A stretch of 32,000 nucleotides of DNA from Microcystis aeruginosa NIES-843 (GCF_000010625.1 NC_010296.1:1140001-1172000); one strand, 5' to 3'. Counted from the stretch's first letter, positions 17,522-27,212 are shown. The notes: a model not told the origin generated them from the sequence alone. Translations and numbers: made by a program.

Positions 17522-20449
17522 GTGAAAGAGTCCCTTAACCCTACTTCTTTGAATCTCAAAACCATTTTTCCCTTTAAACTCGACGACTTCCAGCACTCGG
17601 CGATCGCCGCTCTTGCTGCCGGTAAATCAGTGGTCGTCTGCGCTCCCACGGGTTCCGGCAAAACTTTAATCGGAGAATACGCTATCTATCGCGCCCTAGA
17701 AAGGGGCAAACGGGTTTTCTACACCACTCCCCTGAAAGCTCTTTCTAACCAAAAATTCCGGGATTTTCAAGAAAAATTCGGTCGCACCCCCACCGATGGC
17801 GATGAGGATTCCCCGCTGCTCTTTGCCGAAGTGGGATTGATTACCGGCGATGTGGTGATCAATCCTTCAGCATTAATTGTAGTCATGACTACAGAAATTT
17901 TTCGCAATATGCTGTATAAGACCCCGATCGGTCAGGTAGGCACTTCCCTAGAAAACGTGGAAACCCTGGTTCTCGATGAATGTCACTATATCAGCGATCG
18001 AGGTCGCGGCACCGTTTGGGAAGAATCAATTATCTACTGTCCCCCTAGTATCCAATTAGTGGCCCTCTCCGCCACCATTGGCAACCCGGGGGAACTCACC
18101 GACTGGATTAACTGGGTGCGGCAACTGCCCCAACCCGGCGACAATCAGCAGACCTCCAGCTGCGAGCTAATTAACTCCGATTTTCGCCCCGTCCCCCTGC
18201 GCTTTTATTTCGCCAATAAAGAGGGATTATTCCCGCTGCTCGACCCAAAACAGAGCAAAGTTAACCCGAAACTACGCTCAAAAGTCGGCCACGGCAAACC
18301 CCGACGCTTAAAACGAGAAGATTGTCCCACCATCGCCTCCATTGTCACCACTCTGCGGGACAAGGATATGCTCCCGGCTATTTACGTCATTTTCAGCCGC
18401 AAAGGTTGCGATCAGGCGATTCGAGAGCTAAAAAACCTCAATCTCGTTAATCCAGAAGAAGCTAGAGCCATTTACTACCGTTTACTCATTTTCTTCCTGG
18501 AAGATAATCCCAATCTGCAAGAACTGACCATTTCCTTCTTTGCCGTCGAAAATCCGCCCCTACACCAGAAATTACTGGCTTTTTTCGCTAATAACCCCCA
18601 GTCTGACGAGCAACTCCTCAGCCTCTTAACCGCCGACCCCGAGACGAAAAATCAACTATTTGAATTCCTGGCCAGTGCTTCCCAATTGGTGCGCGCCGAC
18701 CAAGTGGAACCCCTCACCCGGGGCTGTGGTGTTCACCATGCCGGGATTTTACCCCTCTGGAAAGAATTAGTCGAACAACTCTTTGAAGCCGGTTTAATTA
18801 AGGTGGTTTTTGCCACCGCTACCCTCTCGGCCGGGATTAATATGCCCGCCCGCACCACCGTTATCTCGGCCCTCTCCAAACGCACCGATGATGGCCATAG
18901 TATGCTGACTCCCTCGGAATTTGTCCAGATTGCCGGCCGGGCGGGTCGCCGGGGAATGGACGCGGTGGGCCATGTGGTGACAGTACAAACGCCCTTTGAA
19001 GGGGCAAAAGAAGCGGCTTTTCTGGCCACCGCCCAACCGGAACCCCTGCAAAGCTGTTTTGCGCCCAGTTACGGCATGGTCTTAAATCTCCTGCAAAAAC
19101 ACAGTCTAGAGGAGGCCAAAGACCTCTTAGAGCGCAGTTTCGCCGAATATCTCGCTCGTTTGAAGTTAAGCCCCGAACGACAACAGATTACCGCCTTAAC
19201 CACCGAATTAGCTAAGTTGGATATGGAGTTAGCCGGTATCGAGCGGGAGCAGGTCTTCAGTTACGAAAAGCTACGGGAAAGACTGCGGGAAGAAGAAAGA
19301 CTGTATAAAATCATCGCTAGTCAGTCAGAGGCCCAGAAAAGACAGGAAATACATCTAAAATTGCCGAATATTCCCGTCGGAATCATCCTCCATCTCAAGG
19401 GCAAACATATTAAGGTCCCCGTCCCCGTCCCCGCTATCTTTGTCAATACCCTGCACGGCGCTGGTCAAGTGCGAACTCTTGTTTGTTTAGGCAGTGATAA
19501 TCGCTGGTATTTAGCCGCCTATGCCGATATTAGCGAGATCGATCGAGGTTTTCTCGCTCCCGCGGAATTAGGCGAACTGATCCCCCCTTCCCTAGCAGCA
19601 GTTTCCCTAGGGGGGTGGCGCAAGGGTGAGGAAAATACTCAGGCGATCGCCGATTTCATCCCCCAACAAGTGCAGGGCATCCCACCGGTGGTGGAACTGG
19701 AAACACAGGCACAAAAAATTGAAATTATCAATAGTCAAATTGCCGCTCATCCCCTGCAAAAACGCAAAAATCCGGGGCGATTGATGAAATTATACTACGA
19801 TCGAGAGATTGCTCGCGATAAGTTACACAAGACCCAGATTAAATACCAAAAACAACAATCGCGTAAATCCTACTACTGGGAAGAATTTCTGAATCTAATC
19901 GAGATTTTGCGAGAATTCCAAGCATTAGAGGGTTATTTGCCCACTCCCCTCGGAGAAGCGGCGGCCACTATTCGCGGGGAAAATGAACTCTGGTTAGGAT
20001 TAGCGATGATGTCCGGAGATTTGGACAGATTGACTCCTAGCCAACTAGCCGCCGCCATCAGCGCCATGATTACGGAACCCCCTCGCCCCGATACTTGGTG
20101 CAATTACCCGCCTGTGCCAGAAGTTATCGATATTTTGCGGCAAGGAGAGGGAAATTCCCCCGGTCTGCGAGAAGTTCGCCGTTTACTCTATCAAGCTCAA
20201 TCTCGCTACGATATCACTATTCCCGTCTGGTTAGAAACCCAACTGATGGGGATTGCCTCCCGTTGGGCCCAGGGGACATCTTGGCCGGAATTGTGCGAAA
20301 ATACCAGTCTCGATGAGGGAGATCTAGTGCGATTATTACGGCGCACCGTCGATGTTCTCTGGCAAATTCCCCAAATTCCCCGGGTTTCTCCAGTCCTTAA
20401 AGATAATGCCCGTCTCGCCGTCACAGCCATGAAGCGCTTTCCTTTATAA
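17522..20449 (+). CDS. Ski2/HelY-like DEAD/DEAH-box helicase
   Basis: Motif I CAPTGSGKT, motif II LDECH, motif III LSATIGN, HHAGILP, and motif VI QIAGRAGRRG, followed by a long C-terminal arch/DSHCT-like region. Length 975 aa. The start is GTG, so the start position is uncertain. Confidence 0.9.
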   Translation: MKESLNPTSLNLKTIFPFKLDDFQHSAIAALAAGKSVVVCAPTGSGKTLIGEYAIYRALERGKRVFYTTPLKALSNQKFRDFQEKFGRTPTDGDEDSPLLFAEVGLITGDVVINPSALIVVMTTEIFRNMLYKTPIGQVGTSLENVETLVLDECHYISDRGRGTVWEESIIYCPPSIQLVALSATIGNPGELTDWINWVRQLPQPGDNQQTSSCELINSDFRPVPLRFYFANKEGLFPLLDPKQSKVNPKLRSKVGHGKPRRLKREDCPTIASIVTTLRDKDMLPAIYVIFSRKGCDQAIRELKNLNLVNPEEARAIYYRLLIFFLEDNPNLQELTISFFAVENPPLHQKLLAFFANNPQSDEQLLSLLTADPETKNQLFEFLASASQLVRADQVEPLTRGCGVHHAGILPLWKELVEQLFEAGLIKVVFATATLSAGINMPARTTVISALSKRTDDGHSMLTPSEFVQIAGRAGRRGMDAVGHVVTVQTPFEGAKEAAFLATAQPEPLQSCFAPSYGMVLNLLQKHSLEEAKDLLERSFAEYLARLKLSPERQQITALTTELAKLDMELAGIEREQVFSYEKLRERLREEERLYKIIASQSEAQKRQEIHLKLPNIPVGIILHLKGKHIKVPVPVPAIFVNTLHGAGQVRTLVCLGSDNRWYLAAYADISEIDRGFLAPAELGELIPPSLAAVSLGGWRKGEENTQAIADFIPQQVQGIPPVVELETQAQKIEIINSQIAAHPLQKRKNPGRLMKLYYDREIARDKLHKTQIKYQKQQSRKSYYWEEFLNLIEILREFQALEGYLPTPLGEAAATIRGENELWLGLAMMSGDLDRLTPSQLAAAISAMITEPPRPDTWCNYPPVPEVIDILRQGEGNSPGLREVRRLLYQAQSRYDITIPVWLETQLMGIASRWAQGTSWPELCENTSLDEGDLVRLLRRTVDVLWQIPQIPRVSPVLKDNARLAVTAMKRFPL

Positions 20450-20463
20450 TATTGATCGCTCTT

Positions 20464-21417
20464 TTAAACAATGGGAGATGGTAAGGAAAGTAACTGTTGG
20501 TGAATCTGCTCGATGAGGGCGAGGATTTGCTGATAATTGTGGTGCAATCCCTGTTGATAGAGGTGATTGGCTCCTTGATTTAAATCCGCTAAAGCTGATT
20601 GATAATAACCCAATTGATGCCGCAGTAATCCCCTTCTAATATAAGCATCGGCATAAAAAGGATCGATGGCAATCGCCTGATTTAAATGAGCGATCGAGCG
20701 GTCGTATTCACCTAATTGGTGAGCGGTACAAGCTAGATTATAGTAGGCTGAAGCGTTATTTTTATTTAACCGGAGAGCTTGATTAAAATCCGCTTTGGCT
20801 GAGGTAAAATTGTGGAGGGCTAAATGAGATAAACCTCGATCATTATAAATAGTGGCTAAAGTGTCGGGTTGCCAGTTAGTAATTTGACGCAAGGATTGAT
20901 TAAAATCAGCTAGGGCAAGGGGATAATTTTTCATGGCTGCCTGAACTAAACCCCGATTATAGTAGGCTTGATAATAGCTGGGTTTTAACCGGATAGTCTG
21001 GTTATAATCGGTCAGCGCCTGTGGATAATCTCCCAAACGATAAAAAGCTAAACCCCGATGGAAATGGGCTAGATAATTATCGGATTGCTGTTGTAAAGAG
21101 CGGGTGCAGTCCTGCCAAGCGTGGAGATAATCCTGCAAATAAATCTCAGTTAAACAGCGATTACTGTAGGCTAGGGCCAAGTTATTTTCCCGTTCGATCG
21201 ACTGATTGAAATCCTGCAAAGCTTGCTGATAATTACCTGCCTCTAGTTGTTCAATTCCCGATCGCAACCAGTAGGATAAATGTACTGATTGAGCCGCTTT
21301 TCCCTGCCGAGGCCATCCCCCCAGCACAAGCGAGCAGAGCAGTGCAACCATAACCAATCCACCGAGGCGAGGAAGAAAATTTTTCAAAACCGTTGACATA
21401 GGAGTATCTTTGTGCAT
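20464..21417 (-). CDS. TPR repeat protein with an N-terminal signal/anchor
   Basis: This is track ORF 20464..21594, trimmed. The first 59 codons translate the heptamer array (GCGVWGV...) and its spacer. I prefer ATG 21417 (MHKD...) or 21399 (MSTVLKNF...), followed by the hydrophobic stretch LGGLVMVALLCSLVLGG. At least 7 TPR-like units follow (AYYNRGL..., AYSNRCL...). Confidence 0.8.
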   Translation of the reverse strand: MHKDTPMSTVLKNFLPRLGGLVMVALLCSLVLGGWPRQGKAAQSVHLSYWLRSGIEQLEAGNYQQALQDFNQSIERENNLALAYSNRCLTEIYLQDYLHAWQDCTRSLQQQSDNYLAHFHRGLAFYRLGDYPQALTDYNQTIRLKPSYYQAYYNRGLVQAAMKNYPLALADFNQSLRQITNWQPDTLATIYNDRGLSHLALHNFTSAKADFNQALRLNKNNASAYYNLACTAHQLGEYDRSIAHLNQAIAIDPFYADAYIRRGLLRHQLGYYQSALADLNQGANHLYQQGLHHNYQQILALIEQIHQQLLSLPSPIV

Positions 21418-21505
21418 ATACTCCCAATTCTGAGGAAACTTTCTCGCTCGATCAACAGACAGCCTGTCAAATACAGGAGACAGGAGATTATTTTTATTTA
21501 TTTTT

Positions 21506-21595
21506 CCCACACCCCACACCCCACACCCCACACCCCACACCCCACACCCCACACCCCACACCCCACACCCCACACCCCACACCCCACACCCCACA
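21506..21595 (+). repeat. (CCCCACA)n heptamer tandem array, about 13 units
   Basis: Direct reading. It sits in the divergent region between the TPR gene (minus) and the DUF177 gene (plus). Confidence 0.95.
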
Positions 21596-21734
21596 GTCTA
21601 GGACTGGTCTATGTCTCTAGAGGTCAGTCTGCGATAAGCTGATATAAGTAAAGATTGTCACCGAGCAATTATGGTGGCGTTACTCGCTAACGCAGTTGAC
21701 ACCCGATAACCGATAAATGATACAGGAGTTATCT

Positions 21735-22244
21735 ATGGAAACTATTTTTATCCCCCACCTCCTCAAATCTCCTGATCGACAAAGAGTCATCATCATCGAT
21801 AATTTTATCCCCGGTCTAGAAACCTTGACACCAGTGCGGGGGACCTTGCTGGTTAGACATGGGGGCAATTTTTTGGAAGTATCGGTGAAAGCAGAAACCA
21901 TCGTCACCTTAACCTGCGATCGCTGTTTACAACAATATAATCATCGTCTGCAATTAAACACTTCCGAATTAATCTGGCTAGACAAAAATAAAGACTACGA
22001 TCACTCCTATCCTCTAGAGCGAGAAATAGCCTACGAAGACCTCTCGGAAACTCTCGATCCTAACGGGGATTTTGACCCGCAAATGTGGTTATACGAGCAG
22101 TTGTGTCTAACTTTACCCCCCCGTCAACTCTGCGGAGCCAATTGTCAACCACCGGATTTTTTTCTTCCGGAAAATACTGCCATCGATGGTCGTTGGGCCT
22201 CCCTAGAATCGTTGAAAAGTCAGTTATCTCAATCGCAAAATTGA
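21735..22244 (+). CDS. DUF177 (YceD-family) protein
   Basis: Track ORF 21717..22244. I prefer ATG 21735, preceded by AGGAG at 21724..21728. Cys motifs LTCDRCL and LCGANCQ, an acidic middle region, and a length of about 170 aa fit the family. Confidence 0.8.
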   Translation: METIFIPHLLKSPDRQRVIIIDNFIPGLETLTPVRGTLLVRHGGNFLEVSVKAETIVTLTCDRCLQQYNHRLQLNTSELIWLDKNKDYDHSYPLEREIAYEDLSETLDPNGDFDPQMWLYEQLCLTLPPRQLCGANCQPPDFFLPENTAIDGRWASLESLKSQLSQSQN

Positions 22245-22264
22245 GCCTTGATGCTGATTTTTTT

Positions 22265-22300
22265 CGGGTTTCGAGCCAAGAGAAAAGCGATCGAAACCCG
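22265..22300 (+). terminator. Strong hairpin between convergent genes (possible terminator)
   Basis: CGGGTTTCGA-N16-TCGAAACCCG, a perfect 10-bp stem followed by ATTCTTTA. The U-tract is imperfect. Confidence 0.4.
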
Positions 22301-22305
22301 ATTCT

Positions 22306-23268
22306 TTACCTGCCCCAAATCTTTTTCAAGACAGTTTCGGGAGTAATATCGGCGACTTTTCCCGTATTAGCTTCAATATATCGATGACGCTCTCCCCCGC
22401 TCGGTAAAACTCTCTTAGACAACGAAGGAACCAGCAGAGAGAGGGTATAGGTTCCCACGGCCACGGCTAACTGTAAAGGGACACTTTCGGTAGCTAACAA
22501 TAAATTGGCACCAGCGATCATGGCCGCCATTTTACCGATATCGGCCGTTCTGGACACTTTTAAGTTATTATCCATGGCTTTGAGCGCTAAAACCCAAGCT
22601 TCATCCAGCTCTCCCTCGATCGCTACAATTGGCAAATCTGGTTGTTGATGGCGAATACCTTGGATAATTTCTAGCCAACTCTCTAGGGGATAAAGCGTTT
22701 CCAGTCCTTGGCTGATGCTCAGATCGCTACCGCCAGCGTAGAGGAGAATATAGCCGCTATCCTTGATATTGAGGCGTTGCTGCTCCATTTCGGCCCAATC
22801 GATATCATCGCGATTCAAGGTTAGTTTTAAAGGTGGACAGGGTGGAGCAATCTTTAACCCTTTGACCAGTGCCTGATAATTATCCGCTAGATAGCCTTCC
22901 GTTGGCCGGGGTACTTGTTGCGATAAGAACCAGCTGCCATTATTTTCATAGCCTATACGGTTAGGGACACCATTTAACCAGAGTAAAAGATTGATAGCAG
23001 GACGATTGGTGAGACTAATGGCGATTTCGTACTCCCGGTCCCGAATTACTCCCAAAATATTTAAATAATCCGCTAATCCGTACTGATCTCGATAGTCAAA
23101 TAAAAGCACTTCCTTAACCTGGGGACAGAGACGATAGGCAGCTTTTGCCCTAGGTTCGACCAAAACATCAATGCTGCTTTGGGGGTAAGTTTGCTGGAGG
23201 GTTTCTAGAGTGGGAAAAAACAGCAGTTGATTGCTAATTCCTCCCGGTACAAGGGTTAATATTCGCAT
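22306..23268 (-). CDS. Glycosyltransferase family 9 (heptosyltransferase-like)
   Basis: The N-terminus MRILTLVPGGISNQLLFFPTLETLQQTYPQSSIDVLVEPRAKAAY is typical of GT9. Length 320 aa. Confidence 0.8.
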   Translation of the reverse strand: MRILTLVPGGISNQLLFFPTLETLQQTYPQSSIDVLVEPRAKAAYRLCPQVKEVLLFDYRDQYGLADYLNILGVIRDREYEIAISLTNRPAINLLLWLNGVPNRIGYENNGSWFLSQQVPRPTEGYLADNYQALVKGLKIAPPCPPLKLTLNRDDIDWAEMEQQRLNIKDSGYILLYAGGSDLSISQGLETLYPLESWLEIIQGIRHQQPDLPIVAIEGELDEAWVLALKAMDNNLKVSRTADIGKMAAMIAGANLLLATESVPLQLAVAVGTYTLSLLVPSLSKRVLPSGGERHRYIEANTGKVADITPETVLKKIWGR

Positions 23269-23394
23269 TTTATCTGGATATACCTGAATCGATCAGCTTA
23301 ATTTTAGCAGTGTCCCTCGTTATTCACTAAATCTGGGCAGCGATGTTTTTTCTCAACAGAATGCGATCGCAGATTCTCTAATTTCCCCTTCCTC

Positions 23395-23997
23395 TTAACT
23401 ATTACCCGAAGGATTAGAACCGTACATAGCATTTAAAACCAAAGCGGGGTCAACGTATTGATTGCCGTACATCAGTCCCCAGTGCAGGTGTGGTCCGGTG
23501 GTGCGTCCTGTCATTCCCACTCTAGCCATGCGCGCCCCTGCCGGTATATCCTGACCGAGAGTAAGGACAATTCCTCCTTCCATGTCAATCAAAAAAGTAC
23601 CGCGGCTATCGGATTGAACCGAACCCATGAGATGACAATAAATATGTGTCCATTGACCGGATTGCATCTTAATCATGGTGCCACAGCCTGTATGATCGGA
23701 TAATTCGACGATTCTGCCGGCCCACCAATTGCGAATATAACTGCCCAAGGGTGCGGCCAGATCTAACCCGGCATGAAATTGTTGACTGCCATCCATGGGA
23801 GAGGAACGATAACCGAAACCAGAGGTATAGGTTTGAAAGTTTTCCACAGGGAAGGAGGCCCCGGCCCAAGCATTTTGAGCTATGAGGGTGGGATTAGCTT
23901 TAACGGGGTGTAAACGGTCAAATCCTAGAGAAATTAACGTGACAAGACAGCTAATCGCTAAAAAACGCAGGAATTTAACAGGCAGATATTTGAGCAT
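23395..23997 (-). CDS. M23-family metallopeptidase
   Basis: Motifs HAGLDLAAPLGSYI (HxxxD) and GRTTGPHLHWG (HxH), with an N-terminal hydrophobic anchor. Confidence 0.9.
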   Translation of the reverse strand: MLKYLPVKFLRFLAISCLVTLISLGFDRLHPVKANPTLIAQNAWAGASFPVENFQTYTSGFGYRSSPMDGSQQFHAGLDLAAPLGSYIRNWWAGRIVELSDHTGCGTMIKMQSGQWTHIYCHLMGSVQSDSRGTFLIDMEGGIVLTLGQDIPAGARMARVGMTGRTTGPHLHWGLMYGNQYVDPALVLNAMYGSNPSGNS

Positions 23998-24212
23998 GAG
24001 ACTTAACTCCAGACACCAAAATTAAATATACCCCAGTTTCCGCTGCCGCTAATTTTACCGGCGGCTTTTAACCGATATTTTAGTTAAGTTTTGAGTTATT
24101 ATTGACCATTGGTTAGGGGTTGAGAACATTTCCCCTCAGGCTGCCAATTCCCCGACTCCCCCACTTAATTTTTATTTTTTACTGACTTGTAAGTAGGGAG
24201 GCACAATTATTT

Positions 24213-24277
24213 GTAGGATGGGTTAGCGGTAGCGTAACATGAGCGGGCGTCGGGTTTCATGCTTCAACCCAACCTAC
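24213..24277 (+). repeat. Imperfect palindromic element (GTAGGATGGGTT...AACCCAACCTAC) upstream of serS
   Basis: 12-nt arms with 1 mismatch enclose about 41 nt that contain an inner CATGA/TCATG stem. It is preceded by TT, giving the same TTGTAGG word as the mini-repeats at 62..86 and 1755..1828. Confidence 0.6.
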
Positions 24278-24320
24278 GTTCTCCGTTCATCTTATATTTA
24301 ATTCCACCCACCCACTTACC

Positions 24321-25604
24321 ATGTTAGACCTAAAGCAAATTAGAGAAAATCCAGAGGAAGTACAGAAACGCTTAGATAGTCGGGGAGGTAGTTATGATAT
24401 TGCCCCTATTCTCCAGTTAAATCAACAACAGAAGGCTTTAGAGTTAGAACGCAGCAGTTTACAGGGCCGGGGGAACGAAATCGGTAAACTGGTGGGACAA
24501 AAAGTTAAAAGTGGCAGCGATGCCAACAGTCCCGAAATTTTGGTGCTGAAAACAGAAGGAAACGAGATTAAAAGTAAACTAGCTCAATTAGAACCGCAGG
24601 AAAAAGCAATTAAAGCGGCTATTGACCAAAAAATCTTAGATTTACCCAATTTACCCAGTGAAACCACTCCCATCGGTAAGGATGAACGGGAAAATGTCGA
24701 AGTCAGACGCTGGGGAGAGGAATATAAACCCACCAACCCGAATATTTTGCCTCACTGGGAAATTGGGGAAAAATTGGGCATTTTAGACTTTGAACGGGCA
24801 GTAAAGATCGCCCAGAGTCGTTTTGTTAATCTTATCGCGCTCGGGGCAGCCCTAGAAAGAGCTTTAATTAATTTTATGCTTGATCGCCATATTGTCGCCG
24901 GTTATACAGAAGTTTTACCGCCAATTCTGATTAATAGTGACTCCCTGCGCGGGACGGGACAACTGCCAAAATTCGCGGAAGAAAGCTTTAAATGTCGAGA
25001 TGATGAGCTTTGGTTAGCACCAACGGCAGAAGTACCAGTAACTAACCTCTATCGCGATGAAATCCTCTCATCGGAGCAATTACCGATCAAACACTGTGCC
25101 TATACCCCTTGTTTTCGTCGAGAAGCGGGCAGCTATGGCAAAGATACGAGGGGCTTGATCCGTTTGCATCAATTTAATAAGGTGGAAATGGTCAAAATCG
25201 TCCATCCTGACGCTTCTGCTCAGGAACATGAAAGTTTAGTCGCTAATGCGGAGGCAATCCTGCAAGCTTTACAGTTGCCCTATCGGGTGATTGAATTGTG
25301 TAGCGGTGACTTGGGTTTTTCGGCAGCCAAATGTTATGACTTAGAAGTGTGGCTACCTTCGGCTAATACCTATCGGGAAATTTCCAGTTGTTCTAATTTT
25401 AGAGACTTCCAAGCACGACGGGCAAATATTCGCTTTAAAGAAAAAGGGCAAAAAGGCACTAATTTTGTCCACACCCTCAACGGTTCGGGATTAGCGATCG
25501 GTCGTACTATGGCTGCTATCCTAGAAAATTATCAACAGCCGGACGGGACGGTAAAAGTGCCGGAAGTGCTGCAACCCTATCTAAAACGGGAAGTTATTTG
25601 TTAA
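24321..25604 (+). CDS. serS: Seryl-tRNA synthetase
   Basis: N-terminal coiled-coil arm and class II motifs ([38 protein letters not shown]). Length 427 aa. Confidence 0.97.
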
Positions 25605-25639
25605 TTTTTCTGAAAAATGCTTGACAAAATGTCTATATA

Positions 25640-25853
25640 GGGTTTGCTGAATAAATCTAAAAACCTTGTTGGGTAAGACTTTTAGACCTTTTGTCAATCA
25701 AAAAGTACCGGATATGGGAGTGATCAGGGGGAAAATTCAGGTACTTTTTCCCTGAAAATTGGGTAGTTGACCACCTGAAAATCGGTAAAACCCTACACCC
25801 CACACCCCACACCCCACACCCTGCCCCCAAGAAAAACTTTTTGCCGCAAACCC
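25640..25853 (+). mobile_element. MITE copy 2 (~214 bp)
   Basis: TIR GGGTTTGC...GCAAACCC. It is flanked by TATATA on both sides (25634..25639 and 25854..25859). It is collinear with 7064..7276 and in the same orientation. Confidence 0.8.
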
Positions 25854-25879
25854 TATATAGTGCATTGAAAGAATTGAGC

Positions 25880-27040
25880 TTAACCCCACTCTAGAATTGC
25901 CTGTTTTAAGGCTCCTTCGGGCAAATTGGCGGGATCAAAAGAATCACCCGCTTCTATTCTGGCTAAAGCTTCAAAAAAAGCCCTCACACCACTGGCCGGT
26001 CCCGATGGGTGGTCCATAATTCCAGTTCCCGCATTGAGGATAACATTACGTCCGTAGTCCCCAAGTACCTGGGGAACAATACCTGGACGAATGCCGGCCG
26101 AGGGAACCGGAAAAACGTTTCTATCGCGCAAAATATCGCGAATTTTGCCCTCCTCCTGGGGGTCGAAGGGTAAACTACCATAAGCGGCGGGATATAGCAC
26201 CGCATCGGCTCCTGCGTGGGCCATCATCGTCCCCAAAACCACAGAATAGGCTAATCCCGTATCGCTACCGGCACACATCGCTCCAGCAAAGGCAGGATGG
26301 GCGAAAATAGGCACATCGATCGCCGGATCACTGGCTAAAGCTTCTAAAACGGAAAACCCGTAGGTAAGAACGTTTAATAACAGGGCATTAGCCCCATGTT
26401 TCACTAATAAACGGGCTTTTCTCTGCAATTCGTCCGCTTTTCCAGTGACATTGACCGCATAGAGAACATTTCTACCGGTTTGCTGCCGCACTTCCTCCAA
26501 AACCAGGCGACAACAATCTAGGCGCTCGTGGGTGGGAGCCACGGGAAGATCCGCCATGATTTCATCATCTTTAATCACGTCTAAGCCCGCAAAAGCCACT
26601 TCTCGCAGGATATCGGCGTGATCTTGGGCCGATAGTCCTAAAGCGGGTTTAAAAATTGCCATGACTAGAGGTCGATCATAAACCCCCAAACGTTGCCTAA
26701 TTCCTGTGATTCCCACCTTGGCTTTCGTGCCGTAGGTTTCGGGGAGATACACCCCCACCACTTTTCCGGCTCCAGCCATGGAATATTTGCCGAAAATCAT
26801 CGTTAAAAGACTGGCGATGTCATTTTCAACGTTTATCTGGGGAAAACGCACCCTAGCCACCTTATAACCGTCGGCTTCCTCCCTGATCCCCACCACTTCC
26901 CCTAGGTGTTGTTGCAGCTGCTCTTGACGATGACTGTGGCGCTCGCTCCAAGTGCCGGCGGTTTGACCGATAGCGATCGTTTTTGCCTGTTTTTCGGCAT
27001 TAATAGCGGGAGGAAAGCGATAATCGACAATGATAGTCAT
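25880..27040 (-). CDS. mtnW: RuBisCO-like protein (form IV RLP), probably a 2,3-diketo-5-methylthiopentyl-1-phosphate enolase of the MtnW type
   Basis: RuBisCO large-subunit family pattern (FKPALGL, GLDVIKDDE, NVTG, HPAFAG) in only 386 aa. No rbcS, rbcX or ccm neighbours. The enolase assignment follows published work on Microcystis/Bacillus-type RLPs and was not tested here. Confidence 0.85.
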   Translation of the reverse strand: MTIIVDYRFPPAINAEKQAKTIAIGQTAGTWSERHSHRQEQLQQHLGEVVGIREEADGYKVARVRFPQINVENDIASLLTMIFGKYSMAGAGKVVGVYLPETYGTKAKVGITGIRQRLGVYDRPLVMAIFKPALGLSAQDHADILREVAFAGLDVIKDDEIMADLPVAPTHERLDCCRLVLEEVRQQTGRNVLYAVNVTGKADELQRKARLLVKHGANALLLNVLTYGFSVLEALASDPAIDVPIFAHPAFAGAMCAGSDTGLAYSVVLGTMMAHAGADAVLYPAAYGSLPFDPQEEGKIRDILRDRNVFPVPSAGIRPGIVPQVLGDYGRNVILNAGTGIMDHPSGPASGVRAFFEALARIEAGDSFDPANLPEGALKQAILEWG

Positions 27041-27086
27041 AAAAGATAAAAAAGGGAGTAGGAATTATGAATTATAAATTATGAAT

Positions 27087-27212
27087 TGGGAGGTGGGGAG
27101 ATGGGGGAGGTGGGGAGGTGGGGAGGTGGGGAAGTGGGGAGGTGGGGAATTGGGGAGGTGGGGAATTGGGGAGGTGGGGAATTGGGGAGGTGGGGAATTG
27201 GGGAAGTGGGGA
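27087..27212 (+). repeat. (TGGGGAR)n heptamer array, about 18 GGGG tracts, with a partial 14-bp super-unit GGTGGGGAATTGGGGA
   Basis: Direct reading. The G-rich strand is the plus strand. It is the reverse-complement relative of the CCCCACA arrays. Confidence 0.95.

Noticed and set aside
21412-21642. 76-aa plus-strand ORF, and the 59-codon N-terminal extension (21418..21594) of the minus-strand TPR ORF
   Set aside because: Both are read-through of the heptamer array (PHTPHPT / GCGVWGV periodic peptides). A normal signal/anchor sequence begins only after the internal ATGs at 21417 and 21399.
24041-24070. Hairpin CGCTGCCG-N10-CGGCGGC followed by TTTTAA as a plus-strand terminator
   Set aside because: There is no plus-strand gene upstream to terminate. 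The hairpin lies in the 5' region of the minus-strand M23 peptidase gene and contains a G-U pair. It is most likely incidental or a leader structure, and I cannot support a call.
25880-27040. A genuine CO2-fixing RuBisCO large subunit
   Set aside because: At 386 aa it is about 90 aa shorter than form I large subunits. There is no rbcS, rbcX or carboxysome gene nearby. The N-terminal region and loop-6 area do not read like form I. It fits form IV RLP.
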